Source: Crocosphaera watsonii WH 8501
GTDB lineage: Bacteria > Cyanobacteriota > Cyanobacteriia > Cyanobacteriales > Microcystaceae
DNA: 32,000 nt
NCBI RefSeq assembly: GCF_050563455.1
Contig: NZ_CP191777.1
Coordinates: 3,603,845 to 3,635,844 of the forward strand
Direction: 5' to 3'
Shown: positions 16,857-26,425 of the stretch, one piece after another
Numbering within the stretch: position 1 is the first letter of the stretch
Layout: each line of letters starts with the position of its first letter
The notes under the pieces: generated by a model
Databases searched by the model: none
What the model saw: only the letters and a program-made list of their open reading frames with translations
Told to the model about the DNA's origin: nothing
Program-made: the position numbers and the translations under genes

Positions 16857-19328
16857 ATGTTTGAACGCTTTACAGAAAAAGCCATCAAGGTAATAATGCT
16901 GGCGCAAGAGGAAGCTCGTCGCCTCGGGCATAACTTCGTCGGGACAGAACAAATTCTTCTTGGCCTCATCGGTGAAGGTACCGGAGTCGCCGCCAAAGTT
17001 CTCAAATCAATGGGGGTTAACCTCAAAGACGCTCGCATTGAAGTTGAGAAAATCATTGGTCGGGGTTCAGGTTTCGTCGCTGTGGAAATTCCTTTTACCC
17101 CAAGAGCAAAACGAGTGCTGGAACTCTCCTTAGAGGAAGCCAGACAGTTAGGACACAACTATATCGGTACTGAACACCTTCTCTTAGGTCTAATTAGAGA
17201 AGGGGAAGGGGTGGCCGCTAGGGTTCTCGAAAACCTCGGTGTTAACCTCTCCAAAGTCAGAACCCAAGTTATTCGTCAGTTAGGTGAAACCGCAGAGGTT
17301 GCCGCCGGTGGTGGTACACCAGGACGCACAAAAACCCCCACTCTCGATGAATTCGGTTCCAACTTAACCCAGTTAGCCGGTGAGGGTCAACTCGACCCCG
17401 TAGTTGGACGACAAAAAGAAATCGAGCGTGTGATCCAAATTCTCGGTCGTCGTACCAAAAATAACCCCGTTCTCATCGGTGAACCCGGTGTGGGTAAAAC
17501 AGCGATCGCAGAAGGGTTAGCTCAACGCATCGCTAACAAAGATATTCCCGACATTCTCGAAGAAAAACGAGTCGTTACCCTCGATATCGGTTTATTGGTC
17601 GCCGGAACCAAATACCGTGGGGAATTTGAAGAACGTCTCAAGAAAATTATGGACGAAATTCGTCAAGCTGGAAACGTTATCCTAGTTATTGACGAAGTTC
17701 ATACCCTCATCGGTGCTGGTGCTGCTGAAGGGGCCATCGACGCTGCTAATATCCTCAAACCTGCTCTAGCACGGGGCGAATTACAATGTATTGGGGCAAC
17801 CACCCTCGATGAGTACCGTAAGCACATCGAACGGGATGCAGCCCTAGAACGTCGTTTCCAACCCGTAATGGTGGGTGAACCCTCCGTTGATGAAACCGTA
17901 GAAATTCTCTTTGGACTACGGGAACGCTACGAGCAGCATCATAAGCTAAAAATCTTAGATGAAGCTTTAGATGCAGCAGCGAAACTTTCTGATCGCTATA
18001 TTTCTGACCGTTATCTTCCTGATAAGGCCATCGATCTTATCGATGAAGCAGGATCACGGGTTCGCTTAATTAACTCTCAACTGCCTCCTGCGGCCAAGGA
18101 ATTAGACAAAGAACTACGCACTATCTTGAAGCAAAAAGATGACGCAGTTCGCTCCCAAGACTTCGATCGCGCTGGAGAATTGCGGGATCAAGAAATGGAT
18201 ATTAAAGAGCAAATTCGCTCTATTTCCACCGCTAAGAAAGGAGAAGGAGACAGCGCAGAACCCTTTGTGGATGCTGAAGAAATCGCCCAAATCGTGGCTT
18301 CTTGGACTGGTGTTCCTGTGAACAAGTTGACGGAAACAGAATCCGAAAAACTTCTCCACATGGAAGATACTTTACATCAACGCTTGATCGGTCAAGAGGA
18401 CGCAGTTAAAGCTGTTTCTCGGGCTATTCGTCGGGCAAGAGTAGGCTTAAAGAACCCCAACCGTCCTATTGCTAGTTTCGTCTTCTCTGGACCTACTGGT
18501 GTGGGTAAAACCGAGTTAACCAAGTCCTTAGCAGCGTACTTCTTCGGGTCAGAAGAAGCCATGATTCGTCTGGATATGTCCGAATACATGGAACGTCATA
18601 CGGTTTCTAAGTTGATCGGTTCTCCTCCAGGATATGTGGGTTATAACGAAGGGGGACAACTCACGGAAGCTGTTCGTCGTCGTCCCTATACCGTTGTTTT
18701 ATTCGATGAAATCGAAAAAGCACACCCCGATGTCTTCAATATGCTGCTACAAATCTTAGAAGACGGTCGTTTAACCGACGCTAAGGGACGTACAGTGGAC
18801 TTTAAGAACACCTTATTAATCATGACCTCTAACATCGGTTCCAAGGTCATTGAGAAGGGTGGCGGTGGCCTCGGATTTGAGTTTGAAGACGACCAAAATG
18901 AGGCACAGTACAACCGTATACGTAACCTAGTTAACGAAGAATTGAAGCAATACTTCAGACCTGAGTTCCTCAACCGTTTAGATGAGATTATCGTCTTCCG
19001 TCAGTTGAACAAAGAAGAAGTCAAGGAGATTTCCGAAATTCTTCTCAAGGAAGTATTTGCACGTTTAACCGAGAAAGAGATTACTCTACAAGTTACCGAT
19101 AAATTCAAGGAACGCTTGGTAGAAGAAGGGTATAACCCTGCTTACGGTGCAAGGCCGTTACGTCGTGCTATTATGCGTCTCTTAGAGGATGTCTTAGCAG
19201 AGGAAATTCTTTCCGGACGAGTTGGCGAAGGCGATGTCGCTGTAGTTGATATCGGCGAAGATGGCAAAGTTCAAGTGGTTTCTAATGAGAAACAACAACC
19301 AGTTTTAGCTAAAGCTACCGACTCGTAA
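16857..19328 (+). CDS. clpC: ATP-dependent Clp protease ATP-binding subunit ClpC
   Basis: Duplicated Clp_N repeats ([37 protein letters not shown]...), two AAA+ modules (GEPGVGKT and GPTGVGKT) and a UVR-like linker. 823 aa. Confidence 0.95.
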   Translation: MFERFTEKAIKVIMLAQEEARRLGHNFVGTEQILLGLIGEGTGVAAKVLKSMGVNLKDARIEVEKIIGRGSGFVAVEIPFTPRAKRVLELSLEEARQLGHNYIGTEHLLLGLIREGEGVAARVLENLGVNLSKVRTQVIRQLGETAEVAAGGGTPGRTKTPTLDEFGSNLTQLAGEGQLDPVVGRQKEIERVIQILGRRTKNNPVLIGEPGVGKTAIAEGLAQRIANKDIPDILEEKRVVTLDIGLLVAGTKYRGEFEERLKKIMDEIRQAGNVILVIDEVHTLIGAGAAEGAIDAANILKPALARGELQCIGATTLDEYRKHIERDAALERRFQPVMVGEPSVDETVEILFGLRERYEQHHKLKILDEALDAAAKLSDRYISDRYLPDKAIDLIDEAGSRVRLINSQLPPAAKELDKELRTILKQKDDAVRSQDFDRAGELRDQEMDIKEQIRSISTAKKGEGDSAEPFVDAEEIAQIVASWTGVPVNKLTETESEKLLHMEDTLHQRLIGQEDAVKAVSRAIRRARVGLKNPNRPIASFVFSGPTGVGKTELTKSLAAYFFGSEEAMIRLDMSEYMERHTVSKLIGSPPGYVGYNEGGQLTEAVRRRPYTVVLFDEIEKAHPDVFNMLLQILEDGRLTDAKGRTVDFKNTLLIMTSNIGSKVIEKGGGGLGFEFEDDQNEAQYNRIRNLVNEELKQYFRPEFLNRLDEIIVFRQLNKEEVKEISEILLKEVFARLTEKEITLQVTDKFKERLVEEGYNPAYGARPLRRAIMRLLEDVLAEEILSGRVGEGDVAVVDIGEDGKVQVVSNEKQQPVLAKATDS

Positions 19329-19351
19329 TTATTCAGATTTAACCCTCAAGC

Positions 19352-19386
19352 AACGGTAGAAGTTTCACTCTTCTGCCGTTTTTTCT
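19352..19386 (+). terminator. rho-independent terminator of clpC
   Basis: AACGGTAGAAG-tttcact-CTTCTGCCGTT (one G-U pair) followed by TTTTTC, 24 nt after the clpC stop. Confidence 0.7.
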
Positions 19387-19418
19387 TGAATAGAGTAGTA
19401 AATAATTACCACAAAACT

Positions 19419-21059
19419 ATGGATTCTATTCGACTACAAAGATTACGTTGTTTATCAGATACCGGGGAAATTAAAATTAAACCCATTACGATACTTGTGG
19501 GAGAAAATAGTTCAGGGAAAAGTACCTTTTTGCGTTTCTTTCCTTTACTTAAGCAAAGTGTTGAGTCTAGAACCATTGGACCGGTTTTATGGAATGGTCG
19601 ATTAGTGGATTTCGGCAACTATAAAGATGCTCATCAAAAGCATTCTGAAGAGGATATTTGTTTAGAGTTTAAATTTGAAATTCCTTCCTTTCCAAAAAAT
19701 AATGCTTAAAAAAAAAATACAGACGAAGAAATAATATTCTGGTCAAGTAGAAGACCATTAATATTTAATCCCATTGATGTTTCTGTTATTTTACAGCTTT
19801 TAGAAGAGAAAAAACAACAGATTACTATAATACATAAATTGATCATAAAATTTGCCGATTCTGTAATTCAACTTGAAATAAACAAAGAGAATAAAATCTC
19901 TTGCTTTTTAGTAAATTCCTTTGATATTTTAGAAATGTTAGGTGATAAATATATTTTGTTTGATTTGGGTCATAAATTTATGTTACCGCAAGTAAGAGAA
20001 TTTTCAAATAATCAAGAGAAAATTCTCAACTTAGGAGTTTTGAACAGAGTCAATAGAACAAGATTTATTTTTCAACAATTATTCAGTAAACTTTTTCAAA
20101 TAACAAAAAATAAAGCCCATAAGTTTACATCAGAAACTACTATTTTCAAAATGATATCTTCATTTGTCATTGGAGATTCAGCAACTATGCTTCAAGATAT
20201 TAAAAATAATCCTTTTTCTACCAAAACTTGGAAGAAAAGCGTAAACTCATGGACAATAGAATCTAATGAATTTAGGCAATTTAGAGATTTAATTATCGCT
20301 AACTCAGTACCTTGGTTACTAGAAGAATGTGATGATTTATTAGCTAATTTTGCTACTAAAATTAGTTATATGGGTCCAGTTAGAGCAACAGCAGAGCGTT
20401 ACTATAGAACACAAGATTTAGCAGTAGATGAGGTAGATTATCAGGGAACTAATTTACCAATGTTTCTCCGAAATTTAACACATGGAGAATTGAAAGAATT
20501 TAGGACTTGGACACTTAATAATTTTGGTTTTGAACCTCTAATCACAACAAGTCAAGGATTAATTTCTTTAGAAATACGACCTTCTAAAGATTCTAAAGAA
20601 TCTTTTAATGTTGCTGATACAGGATTTGGTTTTTCTCAAATTTTGCCTATTATTACTCAGTTATGGTTTCTGAGTGAGTTTACTAAGACTTCTTCAAGAA
20701 TTCGTCCTCCTGGTTTCCGATATAATAGTCCTGTTATTTTCCCTATTGAACAGCCTGAATTACATTTACATCCCCGTTTACAAGGAGTTTTAGCTGAAGT
20801 ATTTGTTAAATCAATTGAAGCAGCAAAAGAAAGAGGGATTGATTTACGTTTAGTCATTGAAACCCATAGCGAAGTTCTAATTAATAAATTAGGATATCTG
20901 GTTGCAGAAAAACACATTTTACCAGAAGATATTAATATAGTATTATTTTATAAATCTGATCAATCTAAAGAAATAAAAGTCAGGACAAGTCAATTTGATT
21001 CTGAGGGTTATTTAAGCGAAGATTGGCCATTAGGATTTTTTGATATGGATCTTATTTAA
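19419..21059 (+). pseudogene. ABC/SMC-type AAA ATPase (AriA-like; AAA_15/21-type with WP-GFF C-terminus) carrying one in-frame TAA
   Basis: Track ORFs 19386-19709 and 19839-21059 are in the same frame. My translation of 19710-19838 is stop-free, so TAA 19707-19709 (followed by A-run 19708-19717) is the only interruption of a 546-codon gene. Walker A is LVGENSSGKST. The distal motifs are YMGPVRA, ADTGFGFSQILPII, IEQPELHLHP (Walker B-like), ETHSEVL and DWPLGFFD. The likely start is ATG 19419. Confidence 0.7.
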
Positions 21060-21060
21060 T

Positions 21061-22196
21061 ATGTTGATTAAAATTGATGTTTCTGTTGTCCAGAGTTTTG
21101 AAAATTCTAATTCATGGCCAGATGATCTTATTATAGCTCTTGAAAATTTAGCACTTGCAAGACGTGAAGGCAAACATTCAATAATTGCAGATTTAAACAC
21201 TTTAAAAATAATTGCAAAATGTTCAGACTTATCTAAAAATGCCAAAATTTCTTATAAAAAAATATTAAATGACAGACCTAAATTTAAAGCTTATCTTTCC
21301 CATGTCTCTAGATATATTGAAATTATTCATCCTTGTAATGTTAATAAAATAGATTCTAATTCAGGAAAAGATATTATTAAATTACCTTACACTTTTTTCA
21401 ATGATTCAGAAACAATACAAAAATCTATACTGTTGTGTAAAAATTTACAAGATACTGAATTTTATAAAATAATCGCTGAAACTTTTTGTAAATGGAAACG
21501 ATTAAATATTAAACCAAAATTTGAACCATCCTTAGGAGGAGGAAATACAATATCAACTGTATATGAGAATATTCAAAATAAGAAAAAAAGATTGTGTCTA
21601 TGTATTGTTGATAGTGATAAGTTATCTCCTAATAGTAGTCTAGGTTCTACAGCTAGAAATATTAAACAAAAAGATGATAATACTTCCGTTACGACGCTAC
21701 TTTATATTTTACCCGTTCGTGAACTTGAAAACTTAATCCCTCTTTCAATTTTATCTGAACTTATGTCTAAAAATGGAGATAGAGAAAACCCTTTTAAACA
21801 ATTAGAAAAAATTGAAGAAAGTTCAGTAAAAGAAATACGAAATTTTTTAGATATCAAAGAAGGAACAAGACTAAAAAAATAGTTAATGAACCGAGTTCAG
21901 TCAAAGATTTTTGGAAAGATAAACTTGATAAACTGCCAAATTATTCCAATGATATTGATGAATGGTGTTATGAAAATTGGTCGTGTTGTGATCCTGATCC
22001 TAAGAAAAAATCATGTAAGTGTAAGATTTCATTAGGTTTTGGTCAAAAAATCCTAGAAAATACAATTACTTATCTCAATACTCAATCTTCATTTACAATT
22101 CCTTCTATGGTTGAAGAGTCTTTACATTCTGAATGGAAAAATATTGGACAACTTATGCTAAATTGGGGCTTCGCAGATTCTCCAATTCGTGTTTAA
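21061..22196 (+). pseudogene. Toprim/DUF4435-like putative effector (AriB-like), frameshifted at an A7 run
   Basis: ATG 21061 follows the ATPase stop by 1 nt. The frame ends at TAG 21880-21882. The +1-shifted frame is open from 21879 to TAA 22194-22196 (IVNEPSSVKDFWKDKL...GFADSPIRV*). A8 instead of A7 (21873-21879) would give one 378-aa protein. Motif order: LLCKNLQDTEFYKII - GGGNTIS - LCLCIVDSDK - LPVRELENLIP. Confidence 0.5.
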
Positions 22197-22335
22197 TTAT
22201 TCATCGATTGACAATGTTATCAGGGGATCGCCAGTTTTAGTTATAACTAGGATTTGACTCAGCAAAGAAGTTATGGAAATGCTGTTAGAAGAGCAAAAAG
22301 AATCTTTGTAATACAGAGAATATATGAAAAAAAAG

Positions 22336-22462
22336 ATTGCACAAGATGCTTAAGGGAGAGAGACTAAACTCTCCAACCTTACCCACTACTTGAGATGTTT
22401 ATTCAGCATCTCTTCTAACTGTTGTTTGGTGATCGCTCCTTCCTGTTTGGCCAATAGTCCTT
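22336..22462 (-). repeat. displaced copy of the thioredoxin 3' end plus downstream hairpin (direct repeat A)
   Basis: By my manual alignment, about nine-tenths identical to 26426-26553. The minus strand reads GLLAKQEGAITKQQLEEMLNKHLK*, against ELLAKHEGAITRPQLEEMLNKHLK* in the intact gene. Confidence 0.85.
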
Positions 22463-22853
22463 TTTAACAATTAACAATGGTCATTCCGAGGTACGAGGAA
22501 TCTCCTTAACTTCTTGATCATTATAGGTTTTTGTTATCTTCTATAATTGTTGATTAAGTGCTTTAACTAATAAATGTACTGTGGTTGATGGATTATCTTG
22601 ACCAGGATTAGATTTATGATATTGTTTCAGTAACTTTTCAGAATTTCTAATAGCAGTTTCTTGTCTATCCAATAACTCATCATAGATAGTATCACTATTT
22701 TTTGTGTACTGTTTACCTAATAATGTATTTAACTTCTTCAGGTACTCTTTTCGAGGAATAGGTGAATTTAAAAACTCAAAGTGTAAGACATACCATAACT
22801 CAAAAGCTTCGTTAGAATAAGCAACCTCAAATCCCTGCTTTTCAGCCTTATTT

Positions 22854-24546
22854 AGGGTTTGCTGAAAAAGTTTCTCCAAAATTTATGCCACTTTTGACCA
22901 AGAATTTTCTGACAAATCAATAAGTTTTAGTACATAAAAATTGTTTAAAGTATAATCAAAATTAATGAAAGGCGGTTTGATGAGTTCCCCTGTTCTATTA
23001 TTAGTAAATAAGGACAAAAAAAGCGACAAAAACTGCCTCAGAAGTTTACAAAGATTGACAACTAAAAATGTAATAGCAATAGATGTAATGGAGGTTTCAG
23101 GGAGTTTTGTCATCACGAGATTTAGGCTAAATCTTCGTTTAGCTTGTCCAAACTTTCCCTCAATAGCATTACGGAAGCATTCATCGGAGTGGGCTTGTTT
23201 CTTTTCTTCTTCACTGACATTTTTCGGAGGTCTTCCTAACTTCGGACCACTGATTCTTATCCCTCTTTCCTTACACCAATTTCTGTTTTCCCTAGTTCGA
23301 TAAATTTTATCTACATGGACGGATTCGGGATAATAGCCAAACGTTTCTTTATACTTTTCTACTTGTTCTTTTAAATGACAAGATTCATTGAAGTTTTCCC
23401 AACTTATTTTTTCTAGAAACACATAGTTATCTACACAGCTTACTGAGAGTTTAGCTCCAAACTCTATTGGTTTTCCTGCTTTTCCCCTCACTATTGGACG
23501 AATATGCGGTTGAGTTAAACTTACAATTCTTTGAGGAACACTCTGGGTCTTATTCTCCCACATTGACTGTTGTTGTTCATAAACTTTTTTGATAGTCTCT
23601 AGACAATTTTTCTGTCTTTTACTCAGATTTTCCAGGGAAGCCCCAGCTTGAATTAAGTCTTCTATATTTCCTAAATTTTTCTTAAGGTATTTTAACTGTT
23701 TCCCGATAGCTTTTCTTCTTTCTTGATAAGATACTTTTCGTTTTTTAGCTACTTTTAAGTATTCCTTTCTAGCAATTTTTCTAGAAGTTCTCGGCTTTTT
23801 TCTCAATTTTACTCTTAATGGTTTATAAAGATTATCTATTATTCTTTCTGTCTCAATTCTGGCTTGATTTAATATGCCTAAATCCGTTGGGTATTTGATG
23901 TCTGCTGGCGCACAAGTCGCATCTAAAATTAGTTTACCTTTATTTTTTATTTTTTCTCCTTTTTCTTGGAGACAATCCTTTTTTTTTACTTCTTTATCAC
24001 TCTTGTCTATTTCTCTTTTTACTATTTTTTTATTGATTTTGTTTATCAATTCTCCATCAATTCTTTTCCTAAAATGAACTAGCATTGAAGATTCCAGTGG
24101 TGGCTCTTGTTGATAACAATTTAAACCTATAAAGTATTGTAGATAAGGATTTTCTCTAATCTGTTCTATAGTTTCTCTATCACTTGTTCCTAATTTTTCC
24201 TTAATAATTAATGTCCCTAATGCCATTCTAAATAGTTTGGCTGGCGCACCTTTTTCTGCTGAAAAAAGTTTAGCATATTCTTCCTCAAAATCATCCCAAG
24301 GTATCAACTCTGCCATGATTACCCAACGATTATTGGGGGACAATTTGCCCTCGAAAGGTAATTCAAATTTTTCTGGGGGCGGTAAAGGTTGCTCCTCTTT
24401 TCGATACATTTGTTCTTGACCAACAACTGGGAGGTGTTTCTACCAATTATAGCGGTTTGTAGCCGACAAAGCTGATCTTTTTTGCGATCGCGAATATGGG
24501 TGTAACCTTTTAAAGAATAGGGTTTTGCTTTTATTCAGCAAACCCT
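22854..24546 (-). mobile_element. 1693-bp IS element, copy 3 (inverted), TSD ATTT
   Basis: IRs at 22854-22866 and 24534-24546. Direct ATTT at 22850-22853 and 24547-24550. Confidence 0.9.
22883..24409 (-). CDS. IS transposase, 508 aa (copy 3)
   Basis: Intact ORF. Four residue differences from copy 2 (D/E, L/W, S/C, C/Y). Confidence 0.85.
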   Translation of the reverse strand: MYRKEEQPLPPPEKFELPFEGKLSPNNRWVIMAELIPWDDFEEEYAKLFSAEKGAPAKLFRMALGTLIIKEKLGTSDRETIEQIRENPYLQYFIGLNCYQQEPPLESSMLVHFRKRIDGELINKINKKIVKREIDKSDKEVKKKDCLQEKGEKIKNKGKLILDATCAPADIKYPTDLGILNQARIETERIIDNLYKPLRVKLRKKPRTSRKIARKEYLKVAKKRKVSYQERRKAIGKQLKYLKKNLGNIEDLIQAGASLENLSKRQKNCLETIKKVYEQQQSMWENKTQSVPQRIVSLTQPHIRPIVRGKAGKPIEFGAKLSVSCVDNYVFLEKISWENFNESCHLKEQVEKYKETFGYYPESVHVDKIYRTRENRNWCKERGIRISGPKLGRPPKNVSEEEKKQAHSDECFRNAIEGKFGQAKRRFSLNLVMTKLPETSITSIAITFLVVNLCKLLRQFLSLFLSLFTNNRTGELIKPPFINFDYTLNNFYVLKLIDLSENSWSKVA

Positions 24547-24801
24547 ATTTATTGTACTGTTAAAGTTTTGAAAATTATCTTTATCAAAAACACACCAAAC
24601 TTGATCATAGTCATCTTCTTTTTTATATTCAATTGTTTTATTTACTAAGATATCAGGATCTTTGTTCAATCCTTTAACTTTTATAACCTTACGAGGAACA
24701 CGAAAACACTCAAAGTAGTTTTTTCTGTTTCTTCTCCTCCACAAACAATTAAAAATAGTTGTTTAGGCTCTCTTGTGTTTTTCTTTCGACTTGAATATCC
24801 T

Positions 24802-26106
24802 CTAGGATTTCTCTCTGTTTTCGCCATTAGAATTAATTAGTGTAGTTAAATCTCCAATATAGGGTATTGCACCATATCGACCTTTGATGTAATCATTTTC
24901 AAAGGCAGCATCATCACTAATTTTATATTCTACTAAAGAATATAAATCACTTGCACCATATCTATCTTTTTCAGTAAACCAGATTTGATCCCTACGAAAA
25001 AGTTTAGGACTGAGTAAGTTTGTGTCATGAGTCATCACAATTAGTTGACCATTATTAGGGTTGGTTTCATTAGAGTTAAACAATTCAATAATAGTACGAC
25101 TAATTAAAGGATGTAATCTTGCATCAAATTCATCAATTACCAAAGTTTGACTATTTTTTAAAGTATCAAAAAGTGGTCCAGCTAAAGCAAAAGCTTTCTG
25201 CGTACCCTCGGATTCATCTTCTGTAAAATCAAAGGTTTCAGTAGAGATAAACTTATTCTCAGAATCAAATTTACGATGTTTGGTTGTAATCAAAGTTCCT
25301 TTTCCTCCTGAGTCTCTAAGTATCATTTTTCTAAATTCTTGAGGTAAATCATCAGAAAGTTGATCTTCAGTAACTTCTATTTGAGTAACGTTAATGTCAT
25401 CAATTCCTAAATCTAGCTTTTTAATTAAGTTGATGATTTCGTTTTTATTTTCATTCTCCATTAAACACTTTACTGTAAAAGAACGATAAGAAGAATCATT
25501 TAAACCAGAAATCACCTGTAATGAATTAGTTAACCAGTTAAGAATATCTTCCGCAATTTTAATATTAAACTGAGCAGATACAGATAAGAAAAGAGCATTA
25601 TCTCTTGTCAGTTTTTCAACTCCATTTGCTTGATATCTCTTAATAGTGTTTATTTGACCTTCTTTTCTCTCAAAAAGCTTGCTTTCCCTAACATTGGGAA
25701 TGTAATATAACCATTCTGAGACAATTTTTTTTGTAGTTGCTTCAAACCCGTAACGATATTTAATCCCATCCAATAAAAAAACAATTTCAAAGAAAGAAGG
25801 ATTATTCTCAGTTTCAAGACTCAATCTAAAAGGTTCTATGTCTATATCATCTGTGCTTTGAGTCTGTCTAGATGAATTAATCATAAACCATTTCATAAAA
25901 GCTAAAGCTTTAATGAGATTACTTTTTCCACTAGCATTTGCATCATAAATAGCAGCACTTTTGAGCAATTTTAAATCATCATCAACAGCAAAAAGATTAT
26001 CATTATGAATAGTATTATTATCAGCAGTAAGATCGGCCGCTACCATACTAAAAGTAACAACATCTTTAAATGATCTATAATTTCCTACACTGAATTCAAT
26101 TAACAT
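24802..26106 (-). CDS. AAA_21-type ATPase (RloA/AbiLi-like)
   Basis: 434 aa. MLIEFSVGNYRSFKD..., Walker A DANASGKSN, Walker B LVIDEFDARLHP and H-loop MTHDTNLL. Its 3' end overlaps the RloB-like start by 26 nt. Confidence 0.75.
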   Translation of the reverse strand: MLIEFSVGNYRSFKDVVTFSMVAADLTADNNTIHNDNLFAVDDDLKLLKSAAIYDANASGKSNLIKALAFMKWFMINSSRQTQSTDDIDIEPFRLSLETENNPSFFEIVFLLDGIKYRYGFEATTKKIVSEWLYYIPNVRESKLFERKEGQINTIKRYQANGVEKLTRDNALFLSVSAQFNIKIAEDILNWLTNSLQVISGLNDSSYRSFTVKCLMENENKNEIINLIKKLDLGIDDINVTQIEVTEDQLSDDLPQEFRKMILRDSGGKGTLITTKHRKFDSENKFISTETFDFTEDESEGTQKAFALAGPLFDTLKNSQTLVIDEFDARLHPLISRTIIELFNSNETNPNNGQLIVMTHDTNLLSPKLFRRDQIWFTEKDRYGASDLYSLVEYKISDDAAFENDYIKGRYGAIPYIGDLTTLINSNGENREKS

Positions 26107-26425
26107 TAAGTAAGTTTTTGCTATCTAATAAGACTAGAAAGACAAGAGCAATTTCCTCGCTTAAGCATAACAGACAATGGACGCTTTAATACAATCAATC
26201 TGTGCTTAAGTTCATTAAACCATGATAAATAAGACTTGCACCTTGAAATTTATGATAATACCAATTTCTTAAAGTAGGGGTTAACGCTTTGACTGCGCTC
26301 AGCGTTAAACCCTGCAATATAAAGTTATGTAGTCTAAGGTTATTTCTGATAAAAGAGATTCCTTATGTAGATGCTAAATAAGACTAAAATACGACTCTAA
26401 ACTGTAGTTCAAAAGCTTAAACTGT

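Larger units (their letters stand above)
22541..24827 (-). pseudogene. RloB-like (AbiLii-like, Toprim-type) gene, disrupted by a frameshift and by IS copy 3
   Basis: The minus strand from ATG 24827 reads MAKTERNPRGYSSRKKNTREPKQLFLIVCGGEETEK. The frame then breaks at a T6 run (plus strand 24719-24724) and continues as NYFECFRVPRKV...DQVWCVFDKDNFQNFNSTIN up to the IS. Past the IS and one TSD copy it continues in frame as KAEKQGFEVAYSNEAFELWYVLHF...ALNQQL*. Without the IS and TSD the length is 590 nt, so one added base gives 197 codons. Confidence 0.7.

Noticed and set aside
16814-18973. Track ORFs overlapping clpC (16814-17158, 18114-18359, 18139-18321, 18392-18589, 18686-18973)
   Set aside because: They lie entirely within, and antisense or out of frame to, a strongly supported conserved 823-aa ClpC gene.
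21145-21170. R-x4-H (RREGKH) in the Toprim-like protein as a possible HEPN nuclease motif
   Set aside because: It lies ~30 residues from the N-terminus with no preceding helical domain. The context does not resemble HEPN, so it is most likely chance.
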